Below, piece by piece: positions 31,690-41,150 of a stretch of DNA of 64,000 nt. The stretch is from an uncultured cyanobacterium (GTDB taxonomy: Bacteria; Cyanobacteriota; Cyanobacteriia; Cyanobacteriales; Nostocaceae), in contig CAVUDP010000003.1 of assembly GCA_963740315.1 (NCBI GenBank), positions 32,001 through 96,000 on the forward strand. The letters run 5' to 3'. The translations under genes were made by a program, and so were the position numbers. A model generated the notes under the pieces. That model saw only the letters and a list, made by a program, of their open reading frames with translations. It made no database searches and was not told where the DNA came from. Positions within the stretch are counted from its first letter, which is position 1. Each line of letters starts with the position of its first letter.

Positions 31690-31764
31690 TTATCAACCTC
31701 ACTTCGATTTTAGATTTTAGATTTTAGATTTTGGATTTTATAAATATTTGTTGTATGAGTCTTT

Positions 31765-31867
31765 TAAGCTGATGTGCAGCTAGATTGTATAACAGGAAAA
31801 TATCAAATTCTTGTAGTGTCCGCATCTTGCTCGCTAGTTTTATACAAATTAAATGCGTAACAGCTTA
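31765..31867. mobile_element. MITE (TAAGCTGATGTGCA...TGCGTAACAGCTTA), sister of 25382-25565
   Basis: Shared termini and internal GCATCTTGCTCGCTA. Confidence 0.75.
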
Positions 31868-31937
31868 CTTATTAATGACCAATTAAAATTCTTCTAACTT
31901 TCTACTATTTCATAGTAAAGTATATGTCTATAAAATG

Positions 31938-31983
31938 AAAAGTACGCACTCAAAAGTGGCATACTTACCAAAAAGTTACTATA
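31938..31983. promoter_or_regulatory. Candidate operator upstream of pirin (AAGTACGCACT..AGTGGCATACTT; TACTTACC..AGTTACTAT), resembling HxlR-family sites
   Basis: Imperfect inverted repeats; family resemblance is from memory. Confidence 0.35.
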
Positions 31984-32094
31984 GCAATCTTATCTAATTA
32001 TTAAGTTACTAAAAAACCCGGCTTCTTGAAAAAACCGGGTTTTTTAATTTTTAATTCAAAAAAAATTCAGAATGCTATAAACAATTAACAAAAT

Positions 32095-32652
32095 TTAGTT
32101 AGTAGCACCAACTTTTTGTTGAGTTCCGCTTTCTGCTTTGACTTCAGAAACTTGGATATGAGCTTCTAAGAACCAGAGTCGCTTGTCAATAGTACGAGAA
32201 ACTTCAACGTAAAGATCGTTTGTATCTTGGTCGTTTAATTCGTCGGTTTTATCGATCGCTTCTCTTAAATGCTTACCATATGCTGCAAAACGCTCAACTA
32301 AAGCGGTTACGTGTTCCATTCCGTCCAAAATGTCGGTGGGGTATTCTGGCAATATGGAATTAGCAGCAGCCATGCGAACTGTACCGCAAGCGTAACCAGC
32401 TAAAGCGGTGACTCGTTCGGCGAACATATCAATGTACTCTTCTATTTCACCAGCAATTTCGTCAAACATTTCGTGAAGCTGGTAGAAATCGGTTCCTTTA
32501 ACATTCCAGTGCGCTTGTTTTACCTGGCTTTTCAAATCTGAGGTTGCAGCCACGGTTTGATTGAGAAGTGTAACAACCTGGCTTCGCACGTTAGCAGGAA
32601 TATCAATATGAGACGGATAAAGACGTGATGCGATTCCGTTTGTGTCGCCCAT
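32095..32652 (-). CDS. dps: Dps DNA-protection ferritin-like protein
   Basis: KQAHWNVKG..F..LHEMFD, DMFAER, DKRLWFLEAH. Confidence 0.93.
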   Translation of the reverse strand: MGDTNGIASRLYPSHIDIPANVRSQVVTLLNQTVAATSDLKSQVKQAHWNVKGTDFYQLHEMFDEIAGEIEEYIDMFAERVTALAGYACGTVRMAAANSILPEYPTDILDGMEHVTALVERFAAYGKHLREAIDKTDELNDQDTNDLYVEVSRTIDKRLWFLEAHIQVSEVKAESGTQQKVGATN

Positions 32653-32873
32653 GATAATGCATCTCTCTTAAGATAGACACTATTAACTTTACAGTTATAA
32701 ATTTATTTTTAAAACTCTCTATCGACTTAGTTGTTTAAAAGACAAAACTTTCTACCGATAGAGGGAACTAAAGTTTATAACAGTTATGGATAAGAAATTG
32801 AGGGTTATTATTCTATAGGTATGAAGCAAACAGACAGTTATAAAATGATTTATTCACCTATTTACTTAAACTT

Positions 32874-33275
32874 ATGAACTACCAAGTTATTTATGACGGC
32901 AACTGCAATCTTTGCGTTACTTTAGTACAAATTTTAGAAAACTTAGACAAAGGACAAATGTTTAACTACATTCCCATGCAAGATGAGCGATCGCTTCAAA
33001 AGTGGAATATTACATCAACTGATTGCGAATTGGGGATGATTTTGATTGATGCAAATGCTCCAGAAAAACGCTGGCAAGGAAGTGCAGCAGCAGAAGAAAT
33101 TGGACGGTTATTACCAGGTGGCAGTGTATTTGTTGATGCTTATCGCACTTTACCGGGATTAAAATGGGCTGGCGATAAATTCTACGAACAAATCCGCGAT
33201 AACCGCTACACAATTTTTGGTAAGCGCGATCGTACCTACGAATCAGCTTATTGTAGTGATGGCAATTGCCGTTAG
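32874..33275 (+). CDS. DCC1-like thiol-disulfide oxidoreductase (DUF393)
   Basis: YDGNCNLC motif; FYEQIRDNRY. Confidence 0.85.
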   Translation: MNYQVIYDGNCNLCVTLVQILENLDKGQMFNYIPMQDERSLQKWNITSTDCELGMILIDANAPEKRWQGSAAAEEIGRLLPGGSVFVDAYRTLPGLKWAGDKFYEQIRDNRYTIFGKRDRTYESAYCSDGNCR

Positions 33276-33352
33276 TAGCTAGCGGTGTTAGATAAACCGG
33301 GTTTGTAGCATAGTAAAAAATCAGAATAAACCCGGTTTTTTAGTAATTATCT

Positions 33353-33793
33353 CTAATTATTTTCCTTTTCCGAATTGCTATTAAACACTTCTAAAACTTG
33401 ACGACAAAAATCTTTTAACTTTTCTCGTTTTTCTTCAGAAGGCTCAAGCTTACCGACAATATTCCAATTTTCTACTGTAGAAAGCCGCCACTGTTCCCCC
33501 CGATGGTCAAATCCAGCAACTTCCACACCTATTGCACGACGCAACCCGGTAATGGGATCTTGATAAAAACGAATCTGAGTCAAGATACTGCGACTTTGCC
33601 AAGATTTACTGACACCAGGAAAGTGAAAACCGATATCTATAGAATCTGGATCTACTAATTCCATTGTTTGCTCATCACTTCTCCAAGGTTTGAGGTCTGA
33701 CTTTGCGTCGGGAAACTCAAACTTAAATAAATTTACCACCGCAGCAATTTTACTAGCAAATTCAAGATTTGTTGCCATCTCAGATGCGTTCAC
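33353..33793 (-). CDS. Conserved cyanobacterial hypothetical protein
   Basis: 146-aa ORF, DLKPW..DPDSIDIGFHFPG. Confidence 0.7.
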   Translation of the reverse strand: MNASEMATNLEFASKIAAVVNLFKFEFPDAKSDLKPWRSDEQTMELVDPDSIDIGFHFPGVSKSWQSRSILTQIRFYQDPITGLRRAIGVEVAGFDHRGEQWRLSTVENWNIVGKLEPSEEKREKLKDFCRQVLEVFNSNSEKENN

Positions 33794-34128
33794 AAAAAAA
33801 CTCCCTTTTTCTATAAGCAGTTAATGTCAAGAAGGTTACAATTACTTTTAAACGCCAAAAAGCTGACCTTATTAGTGCTTCAGCTTATCAAGCCTCAAAT
33901 GAGTAAAGCAACGATAAATACAACTTTTTATGTAGGCAATTGAGAGTTAGAAGTTAAGAGTCGTAATTTCACTTATACCAATTCTGTATGAGACTGCACC
34001 CTTCTCGCCCTCACTCCGCAAGAGTGCGGCTACTCAAACAAATCTAAAATCTAAAATCTAAAATCCAAAATTGTGTCACCCTCAACAAGCTAAAATTACT
34101 GTGTTAATTGGCAAAATAAATTCAGTTT

Positions 34129-34593
34129 ATGTCCCGTATACGCCCTCTTTTCTCGTTAATCCTAGTATCTTTAGCAACATTACTTATCAGTTGTGGCGGT
34201 CCAAATGTTGCTGCAACACCTCCGACTTATACTCCATTACAAATACAAAAAATCCAGGAATACACTCCTGAAGTGGTAGCCGTACAAGAACGTGCTGCGG
34301 AATTGCAAAGGCTGATTCAAACTAAAAATTGGACAGACGTAAGCAATTTTATACACGGTCCGGTGGCAGAAGCAAAGTTTAATATGAACTACATTGTTTC
34401 CAACCTTTTGCCAGAAGAACAAAAACAAGCACGTAAAATTGTGCGGGATATGTTCAACAATCTTGTCAAAATTGACCAAGCTTCCAAAAACGCGGATGTC
34501 CGAGAAGCCCTAAATTATTATGATGCTGCTTTTGCAGATATTGACAAATTTTTAGGTTTGCTTCCAAAAAATACTGTATCTGGGGAAGCGTAA
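34129..34593 (+). CDS. psbQ: Photosystem II extrinsic lipoprotein CyanoQ
   Basis: Lipobox LISC, PPTYT, NFIHGP motif. Confidence 0.9.
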   Translation: MSRIRPLFSLILVSLATLLISCGGPNVAATPPTYTPLQIQKIQEYTPEVVAVQERAAELQRLIQTKNWTDVSNFIHGPVAEAKFNMNYIVSNLLPEEQKQARKIVRDMFNNLVKIDQASKNADVREALNYYDAAFADIDKFLGLLPKNTVSGEA

Positions 34594-34721
34594 GTGTTTT
34601 TGTCCTTAGTTGATAAACAATTTAGGTAAAAGTTAGAAGTTATAATTTGACGTTGCACGTTTGCGTGTGTCGTCAGTCTGAGACGTTGCACTGCAACGTC
34701 TCTACATAATTTATTGAATCT

Positions 34722-35906
34722 ATGAATCATCTAGTTATTATCGGTTGCGGTATTATTGGAGCAACATTAGCTTACGAACTCAGTTTAATTGAAGGGTTAA
34801 AAATTACGGTTGTGGATAAGCAACCCCCAGCCCAAGCCGCTACAGGTGCAGCTTTAGGCGTTTTGATGGGTGTTATCAGCCACAAGGTTAAAGGTAAAGC
34901 TTGGCGGATGCGACAAACAAGCATCCAGCGTTATGAAACTTTGATTCCAGAATTAGAAGCAATAACAAATCGACGCATCCCCTTCAACCGTCAAGGAATT
35001 TTAATGTTGTTACCATCTCCTCAAGTAACAACTGACGATTTAGCAAAATGGGAGAAACTTAAAGAAACTCGTAAAAATCAAGGTTGGCAATTAGATATTT
35101 TAGATAAGGCTCAACTTGAAAAACTATGTCCCCAGGTAGATGTTAAATCCCAAGAATACATCGGAGCAATTCATTCACCACAAGATCGGCAACTCGATCC
35201 AACAGCATTAACGTTAGCTTTAGTGGAAGCAGCAAAACACAATGGTGTCAGCTTCAAATTTGGTGTAAGTGCTTTGGGGATGAAGTCAACGAAAAACCTA
35301 ACCCCCCAGCCCCCTTCCCTACTAGGGAATGGGGATTTAAAGGCTGTCTCCAACGGCGAGAGAAGTTTTTCAGCTACCGAATTGGAAACAACAGATGGTG
35401 CGATCGCAGCCGATAAATTTATTATCTCAGCAGGATTAGGTTCGTCACTTCTTACACAACAATTAAATCAAAAAGTTGATATTCGTCCGGTATTGGGACA
35501 AGCAATTCACTTACGTTTGGGACATGCTTTAGCAAAATCCGAATTTCAACCCGCCATAACTAATAACGATACCTATATAGTTCCTTGCGGTGCGGGTGTT
35601 TATCCAACTACAGATTATTGGGTAGGTGCGACAGTGGAATTTTCCGACGATGGTGGTGAAGTATCTGCCGACAAAGAACTATTAGATGCTACTTTGCACA
35701 GCGCGATCGCAACTTGTCCGGAGTTAGCGAAAGCCGATATCATCCGCACCTGGTCGGGTTTGCGTCCGCGTCCAGAAAATCGTCCCGCACCAGTTATCGA
35801 GCAACTACCAGGATACGACAACGTGATACTGGCTAGCGCTCATTATCGCAACGGGGTTTTGCTCGCACCCGCTACGGCGGAAATGGTGAAGGAAATGATT
35901 TTGTAA
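34722..35906 (+). CDS. FAD-dependent oxidoreductase (DAO/ThiO-like)
   Basis: IIGCGIIG, ATGAALG, WSGLRPRP, HYRNGVLLAP. Confidence 0.88.
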   Translation: MNHLVIIGCGIIGATLAYELSLIEGLKITVVDKQPPAQAATGAALGVLMGVISHKVKGKAWRMRQTSIQRYETLIPELEAITNRRIPFNRQGILMLLPSPQVTTDDLAKWEKLKETRKNQGWQLDILDKAQLEKLCPQVDVKSQEYIGAIHSPQDRQLDPTALTLALVEAAKHNGVSFKFGVSALGMKSTKNLTPQPPSLLGNGDLKAVSNGERSFSATELETTDGAIAADKFIISAGLGSSLLTQQLNQKVDIRPVLGQAIHLRLGHALAKSEFQPAITNNDTYIVPCGAGVYPTTDYWVGATVEFSDDGGEVSADKELLDATLHSAIATCPELAKADIIRTWSGLRPRPENRPAPVIEQLPGYDNVILASAHYRNGVLLAPATAEMVKEMIL

Positions 35907-35993
35907 GGTTGAGAAGTCGGGTTTTTATGTAAGAGTATCGCAACAACCTGACAATTTTATAAAAACCCGACTTCTGACCATTACGTTCTATTA

Positions 35994-37523
35994 TCAGTGA
36001 GTTTTAGATAACAATTCTAAAGTAGATAACCATTCTAATTTTTTATCCGAGTATAGTTTACAGCTTTGATATTCCGAAGCTCGCTTTATTAATTGCTCTA
36101 GTGGAATATGATTTAGTAATGCATCAAAATCTATAGATTGTAATAACTTTTTTGTAATTGGTCTTTTTGCGTCTAAAAAAGTTATTGATTTGAGAAAATA
36201 TAAGCATATATCGCTATTAAATAAACAAGCTAAAAGTATTGCTGATTCTAACGAGTCACACGAAATAAAATAACAGGTATCATCAAGCATTACCGGACGA
36301 TTATTTATTGGATGAACAACTCTAAATCTAGGTTGTTTGTGCAATCCCGAAATAGCGACTTTATAAAGAGAAAAAGAATAATCTCCGATTCCAAATATCG
36401 AAAATGGCGGTTTACCTTTATAAATAGAAGATTTTCGCTTATCAAATTGCTCTGAATGACTTTCAAGATATTGCCAAAGTCGCGGTGCTGTCTGTTGTAA
36501 ATTGTATGTATCTTCGCCGATTCTTTTCTGAGTAACTATAACACCTCGCTTTGAATCTATTTTTCCATGAAATAAATCGGTAGATTTGAGTAAAGGGTAA
36601 ATATAATCTGATTCAACATTAACTATTTGCTTAAATTTATTTTGAAAAACTCCTTTTGAAATACAAGAAAGTTCCATTATGGATGCTGCATCATGTTTTA
36701 ATCCTTGTCGCCAGGTTAAAGAACTACTTCCACTCAGAAAAGCCGATTTTCGATAAGCTTTAACATCCGCAACCAATTTGTTATCAATAATTCCGATAGT
36801 TGATTGTGGTTCACTTGCAGATAAATTCGGATAAACATCAGCTTGATAACTTGGTCGATCCGAACCAACATTTAAACAAAATAAACAAGCACTTACAGAA
36901 GCTTTAAACCATTTTTTGGCATCAATTAATCTAATTGACGCATTACTAATCTTAAGTTGAGCATCAAAAGCGAATTGCAGCACGTTACGAGCTACAGCAG
37001 TTTTACAAAGTAAAGCAATAGTTGGTTTTTCACAAACAAGTTCTTTAATCAGTTTTATGTAAATGTATTCTGTAATGTCAAAGTTAGAATGTCCGGTTAA
37101 AGCTTCAATACCTTTTAAGCCTTTAAAATTTGTTTTAATTGGCAGATTATTGCTTCCCAACCTTCCAAGTTGAGAATTTGTTACCCAAGGAGGATTACCT
37201 ATAACTAATAAATTACCATTTGCACTCCATTTCAAACTTTGACTTAAGTCTAAATCAAATATTTTCGCTTGTTGAATAACAACACGAGTTGAATTATTAT
37301 TTTCAGCAATTAATTTTACAGCTTGGAAGTATTCTGTATCAAATTCAATTGCTTGAATCTCTTTTGGAAGTTTATCGAGTGCTAATAAACCAGAAATAAA
37401 ATTCCCTTTTCCACAAGTTGGTTCAAATACTCTTTCCCAATACTTGTTATTTTCACTTAAACACTTTAATATTTCTGCTACTAATGCAGGAGGGGTTTGA
37501 AAATCACCAAATTGAGCTTTCAA
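35994..37523 (-). CDS. Type II amino-methyltransferase (gamma arrangement), M.NspV-like
   Basis: QFGDFQTP (X), EPTCGKGNF (I), GNPPW (IV); overlaps the endonuclease gene by 20 bp. Confidence 0.85.
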   Translation of the reverse strand: MKAQFGDFQTPPALVAEILKCLSENNKYWERVFEPTCGKGNFISGLLALDKLPKEIQAIEFDTEYFQAVKLIAENNNSTRVVIQQAKIFDLDLSQSLKWSANGNLLVIGNPPWVTNSQLGRLGSNNLPIKTNFKGLKGIEALTGHSNFDITEYIYIKLIKELVCEKPTIALLCKTAVARNVLQFAFDAQLKISNASIRLIDAKKWFKASVSACLFCLNVGSDRPSYQADVYPNLSASEPQSTIGIIDNKLVADVKAYRKSAFLSGSSSLTWRQGLKHDAASIMELSCISKGVFQNKFKQIVNVESDYIYPLLKSTDLFHGKIDSKRGVIVTQKRIGEDTYNLQQTAPRLWQYLESHSEQFDKRKSSIYKGKPPFSIFGIGDYSFSLYKVAISGLHKQPRFRVVHPINNRPVMLDDTCYFISCDSLESAILLACLFNSDICLYFLKSITFLDAKRPITKKLLQSIDFDALLNHIPLEQLIKRASEYQSCKLYSDKKLEWLSTLELLSKTH

Positions 37524-38175
37524 GCAGGTTTTCTACTCCTATATCCGTTTTTAAATTCGCAATGTCAATAATTCGACGATATTGAAGCCGCCATTGCAAT
37601 GCATTAGATATTGTAAGATATCTAAGTTGAGGAGGGTTTTGTAAGATTCTATCCGCAAGCAAATCGCGTCCAATTTCATCGAGAGGTAAATTACGCTCCT
37701 CTAGATAAGCAACAATATCATCTTTATTGCCGTTACGATTTAAAATTCCGATTAAGCCGTAAGTTGTTTGATAATCTCCTGTCTTTTCTTGTGATACAAA
37801 AATTGCATCTCGAAAATTTAAACGCGCTGTTTGAGTGGTGCTGTCATCAGATTTTTCGTAGGTAAACACCAGCAAATGATAACCCAAACCATACACTTTT
37901 TGACTCGCATCTCGAAAAGGAGAAGATGATTGGGGTTGACGAATTGAAGTTACTTTTAAATCTACATTCAAGTCAGGAAAATCAATACCGCTGGCAGCAT
38001 TACCCGGTATATAGTCGTAACTAGCTCTTAAATAATGGTTAAATGCTTGCTCAATATAAGTACCAACAGCTTTGCCATCAGTAGAGCCAAATAAATCTGG
38101 AATAGGAGTTCCGCTAATTTGTCTAATAAATAGTGCTGAGGCAATTTTAAAGTTGGTAAGTGTTAATTCGGTCAT
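37504..38175 (-). CDS. Type II restriction endonuclease, R.NspV-like
   Basis: TDGKAVGTYIE, GIDFPDLNVDLKVTSIRQPQSS, LTISNALQWRLQY, recalled as NspV-family motifs; coupled to the methyltransferase. Confidence 0.75.
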   Translation of the reverse strand: MTELTLTNFKIASALFIRQISGTPIPDLFGSTDGKAVGTYIEQAFNHYLRASYDYIPGNAASGIDFPDLNVDLKVTSIRQPQSSSPFRDASQKVYGLGYHLLVFTYEKSDDSTTQTARLNFRDAIFVSQEKTGDYQTTYGLIGILNRNGNKDDIVAYLEERNLPLDEIGRDLLADRILQNPPQLRYLTISNALQWRLQYRRIIDIANLKTDIGVENLLESSIW

Positions 38176-38420
38176 GAGATAATTCCTACTACTGTTTAGA
38201 ATTATCTACTTATCTGTATACAATAGTACATATGAAAACCGCGATACGCAGAGCGCGACACCGAAGGTGTATTGCAACTTGTCCGGAGTTAGCGAGAGCC
38301 AGTATGGCTAACTTTACTTTGGCAAAAAAATATTTTATTTCCTGTGAAATTACTCATCAGGATAGTTCTATTTGGTTTATAAAATTAATACTGAAATGCA
38401 AGTTAAAAAAAATACTATAT

Positions 38421-39149
38421 ATGGGATTCCTGAAAAATCTGGGTAGTATCGTTGGTAAAGTTGCGGGAGGAACCGTTGGCGGTGGAATCGAAATTGCAGG
38501 AATATTAGTAAACAGTAATTTTGTTCAAGAGGTAGGACAAGGTGTATACCAATCAACTGTTCTTTCAACAGAAACCCTGGGTAGTTTAGCCGATGGAACA
38601 ATCACCGCAGTTTACGGAATTGTCACTGAAGACGAAAAGAGGATTAAAGAAGGTTTTTCTGAAGCTGGAAATGCAGTTAAAACCACAGTTACTGGAGTTG
38701 GACGAACAATTGCCTACACAGCTAACGGCGTAGGTGAAGTTTATAATGGTGTTGCCAATAATGACCTGAAGATGGCTGGACAAGGTGTCAGAAAAGTTGC
38801 CAAGATTGTTGCTATAAGTACTTTAGCTGTCGGAATTACTGAGCTACTAGACATGGGCGACGCAATTATTGCGGATGCTGAAATACTGGGAGAATCAATT
38901 ATTTCAGACGCAGAGATTTTTAGTGAAACAGTTATTGCTGATGCAGAAATTCTCAGCGATACTGAAATTTTATACGAAAATGCTTCGGAAAGTGTCGCTG
39001 ACACCCATTATGTTAAGCCTCACTGGGTTAACGGATACGAGCGAGCAGACGGAATTTATGTAGAAGGCTACTGGCGCGACGGCGATGGCAATACTTCTGT
39101 CAACCTGACTTCAGAAGAAGGGGGTGGTTATTCGCGTAGCAACCCGTAA
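38421..39149 (+). CDS. Hypothetical protein (probable start MGFLKNLG): Gly/Val-rich helices, acidic IxDAEI repeats, C-terminal GYxRxDGxYVxGYWR motif
   Basis: The extension from 38232 crosses repeat-derived DNA; coherent protein begins at ATG 38421. Confidence 0.7.
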   Translation: MGFLKNLGSIVGKVAGGTVGGGIEIAGILVNSNFVQEVGQGVYQSTVLSTETLGSLADGTITAVYGIVTEDEKRIKEGFSEAGNAVKTTVTGVGRTIAYTANGVGEVYNGVANNDLKMAGQGVRKVAKIVAISTLAVGITELLDMGDAIIADAEILGESIISDAEIFSETVIADAEILSDTEILYENASESVADTHYVKPHWVNGYERADGIYVEGYWRDGDGNTSVNLTSEEGGGYSRSNP

Positions 39150-41150
39150 GAAAAAAAAAAAATGAAAAAAAAAAAAAAAAATACATGTCAGCCTAGTAAA
39201 CTGTTGTTCTTTTCCAGATGGGCATTGAGTCAGGATGTTATTAAAACCTGTAAGATGCCTCTAAATAATTGATGTTTTCACCTTAGTTTAGCAATTTTTT
39301 AAAACCAAATATAATAAGGCTTTTCAGTCTATTATGCAGGTATTGGAATTATAGTACAGTAATAAGTAATGAAGATATTTTTATGAATGTATAAATTTAT
39401 ATAAATAAAAATTTATATAATATACAAACATAATATTAAAATTGATTATACGTATAGAAGCTATAATACCTGCGGAGAATAATATAAAAAGTTTTGTATT
39501 TTGTTATAATAAAGATATTATAAATTTAGTAAATAAAATTAAAATGTAAAATATATGTATATTAGAAAATAATGAGTTAATTTAATTATTGTAAAATATT
39601 AAATTTATATTGTATAATAAAAATAGAAAGTTAATTTAATAGAAATTTATAATTAAAATTGTAAAAAATCAATTTATATTAAAATTTATTATTAAAGGTA
39701 TTGAGTGTGAAGAATGAGAATATAGTTATTGGACTATATTGTAGAGATGAAGAAATATAGTATTATATGAGGAATTCATAGGCTTAATACCTGCGGGGGT
39801 TATTTAGAAGCGCTAATTTAGGATCGAAGCTAAATATAATAAGGCTTTTCAGTCTTAGTTATGCTTCAGTCCGACTTTAAAAAGCTTTAACCGCAGTGAG
39901 GCTGTAGAACTGAGAGGATATCATGAGTAAGAATTGATGGGAGAACAGTCCTGACAATCCAAATCTTTCTAAGTAAAATTATCCCTCAACGGACCAATTC
40001 TCTATAAAGCATTATAAGCATTGATAAGCAGATCAGCCTGAAGTTACAGGAATTAATACACATCAGTTGATTAGCAATATTATCCCATGCAACATATGAT
40101 AAAGGAGATTCTTCTAAAGGCTGGAATAGAAATGTTTGTGGTTATTTTAGTATTGAAAAATTGGTGCTTACAAAGAACAGAATATGATGAAAGTTAATAG
40201 AGAGGTTGAGTTTGATTTAGTTGATTTTAAAGATGACTTTTACTATAGAGGTTATAAAATTTTTGCATCTGTAGTGAAAATCCAAGTAAAAAGAATTGCG
40301 TTTTCCTACTATTTTACATCCTAGCAAGCTCGAGTATTCTTGCAGAATAAGACTATGAACGTGTTTGGAAGGTATAACTGCTTTACTTGATAGAGCTAGA
40401 AAGGTCGCTTAATAAGTAGCATTTTCTAAACGTAAAAGTTTATCTGTTGAGGATGTGGTATGATATTCATTGGAAGTTTAGATCGCAATGTAACGAACTA
40501 ATGTATAGTAGGTTTGGCGGTACGCTAGTTATCATTTGTAGATTACTTATATACAATATTACTGTATTGGTCTAGATTTGAGTTTATAAAGGAGACTATA
40601 TAGTGTTAGTAATGAATGTGGAAAAATAGTGGTGCTAGTGTTATAAAATAAAAAAGATTGTTATTGATCGAGAGTGGAGAAAAAGCCGGAAGTAGTCATT
40701 ATTTTGAAAAAGGAATTTAATATGAGAATCGTGGTAAGTGGTTTGAATTGTGTCTCAGGTTTTTATACCGTATAAGAGGCTATAATACCTGCGGAGAGGA
40801 AAATTTACCTTGGCAATAATGAAGAAGATGAGTAGAAGTAGAACAAATAGGAATACTAGAGTGGAAAGACGATACTTATAAACTAGGGATAGCTTATACA
40901 GAATTTAACGGTATTAATTATCGTGTTAATAATTATGATTTAGGTGGCAGTTTATTGAAGATACTGGTGGAAATAAAGATACTTTGAGGAGGTAAGTTTT
41001 TTGTCACAGAACTGCATTAAATTGAGAGAGAAATATGGTCTTGAACGGGATGGAAAAAATTAATATAGACTCAACCAAGATAGTAAAATCCGCTACCAAG
41101 ACGACATAACAATAGTAGACTTTTTCAAATGAAAAAGGAACGGAAAAAGG
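39150..41150. other. ORF-less, very AT-rich segment, probably low quality or degraded
   Basis: Poly-A run at 39150-39181, scattered re-used 13-30 bp fragments, no ORF of 60 aa or more. Confidence 0.6.

Noticed and set aside
38232..38420. N-terminal extension of the 305-aa ORF
   Set aside because: Crosses an SDR-like insert and a duplicated oxidoreductase fragment; real start is more likely 38421
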